This document shows positions 21,879 through 22,451 of a DNA stretch of 22,451 nucleotides, in pieces. Source of the stretch: Catajapyx aquilonaris (Eukaryota). The stretch covers positions 62,001 through 84,451 of the forward strand of contig JYFJ02001287.1 of the NCBI GenBank assembly GCA_000934665.2, in the 5' to 3' direction. The notes beneath the pieces are model-generated. The model was not told where the DNA came from and did not search any database. It worked only from the letters and a program-made list of their open reading frames with translations. The position numbers and the translations under genes were made by a program. Every line of letters starts with the position of its first letter. Position 1 is the stretch's first letter.

Positions 21879-22451
21879 CTGAAAGTCAATTCAAAAATTG
21901 AATGGTTGAAGTGTGAAATGTTCAGGAAGTGGAAGACGATGGGAGGCAAAATTTGTCAACACCACCAATAAAACAAGAGGATAAGATGACATGGAAATGA
22001 GTAAGAAGATGATGAAATAAGACAAAAAAATTAAGAGAGGAATTAAAGGTTGAAATTGTTTTAGTCACTGGTCTTCAAATGATACATGTTCAAATGAAAG
22101 CAGGTCCACAAGAAGGATGGGGGAAAAGGGAATGGTTAGAAAGTGATGGACAGCCAGGGCATATGCAACAACCTTATCATGGAAAGATACATTTCCTTTG
22201 GTTGGTTTCTCGAATTTCACTGTTGGAAGCAACATTGAGTTTGGGCATGCACTAGTGGCAAGAGAAGCAGCAAAGAATCCCCCCTGCCTTCCTGCTCTAA
22301 GTAAGTGTCTTTCTCCCATCTCTTACAAGGGAAGTGTCTGTAGGGCCATCGGCTAATCGGCCCGAAAATGACACTAGGGGTAAATCGCAGGCCAGAAATT
22401 CATTGGTGAAAGTAAAAAGTCGCATTAGCCAAGCGTTTTCGAGATATGGGC

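Overview
Eukaryotic (invertebrate, probably arthropod) genomic DNA. Almost the whole window is the 3' ~70% of one minus-strand, intron-rich gene for an axonemal outer-arm dynein beta-type heavy chain (DNAH9/11/17 / Dhc93AB family). I traced 50 coding exons by hand. All 49 internal introns are GT-AG with consistent phases, giving 9540 nt = 3179 aa + TAA stop at 400-402. The N-terminal tail lies beyond the right edge. Most introns are 53-100 nt. Many of the long ones carry small non-autonomous mobile elements: two copies of a tRNA-derived SINE with clear TSDs, two PIF/Harbinger-like MITEs, pogo/Tigger-like MITEs, an Academ-like long-TIR fold-back element next to a splice donor, and unclassified inverted-repeat elements. 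I found no evidence for a new protein-coding system. The most likely undescribed items are the SINE/MITE families and the RNA structures they put into the pre-mRNA.
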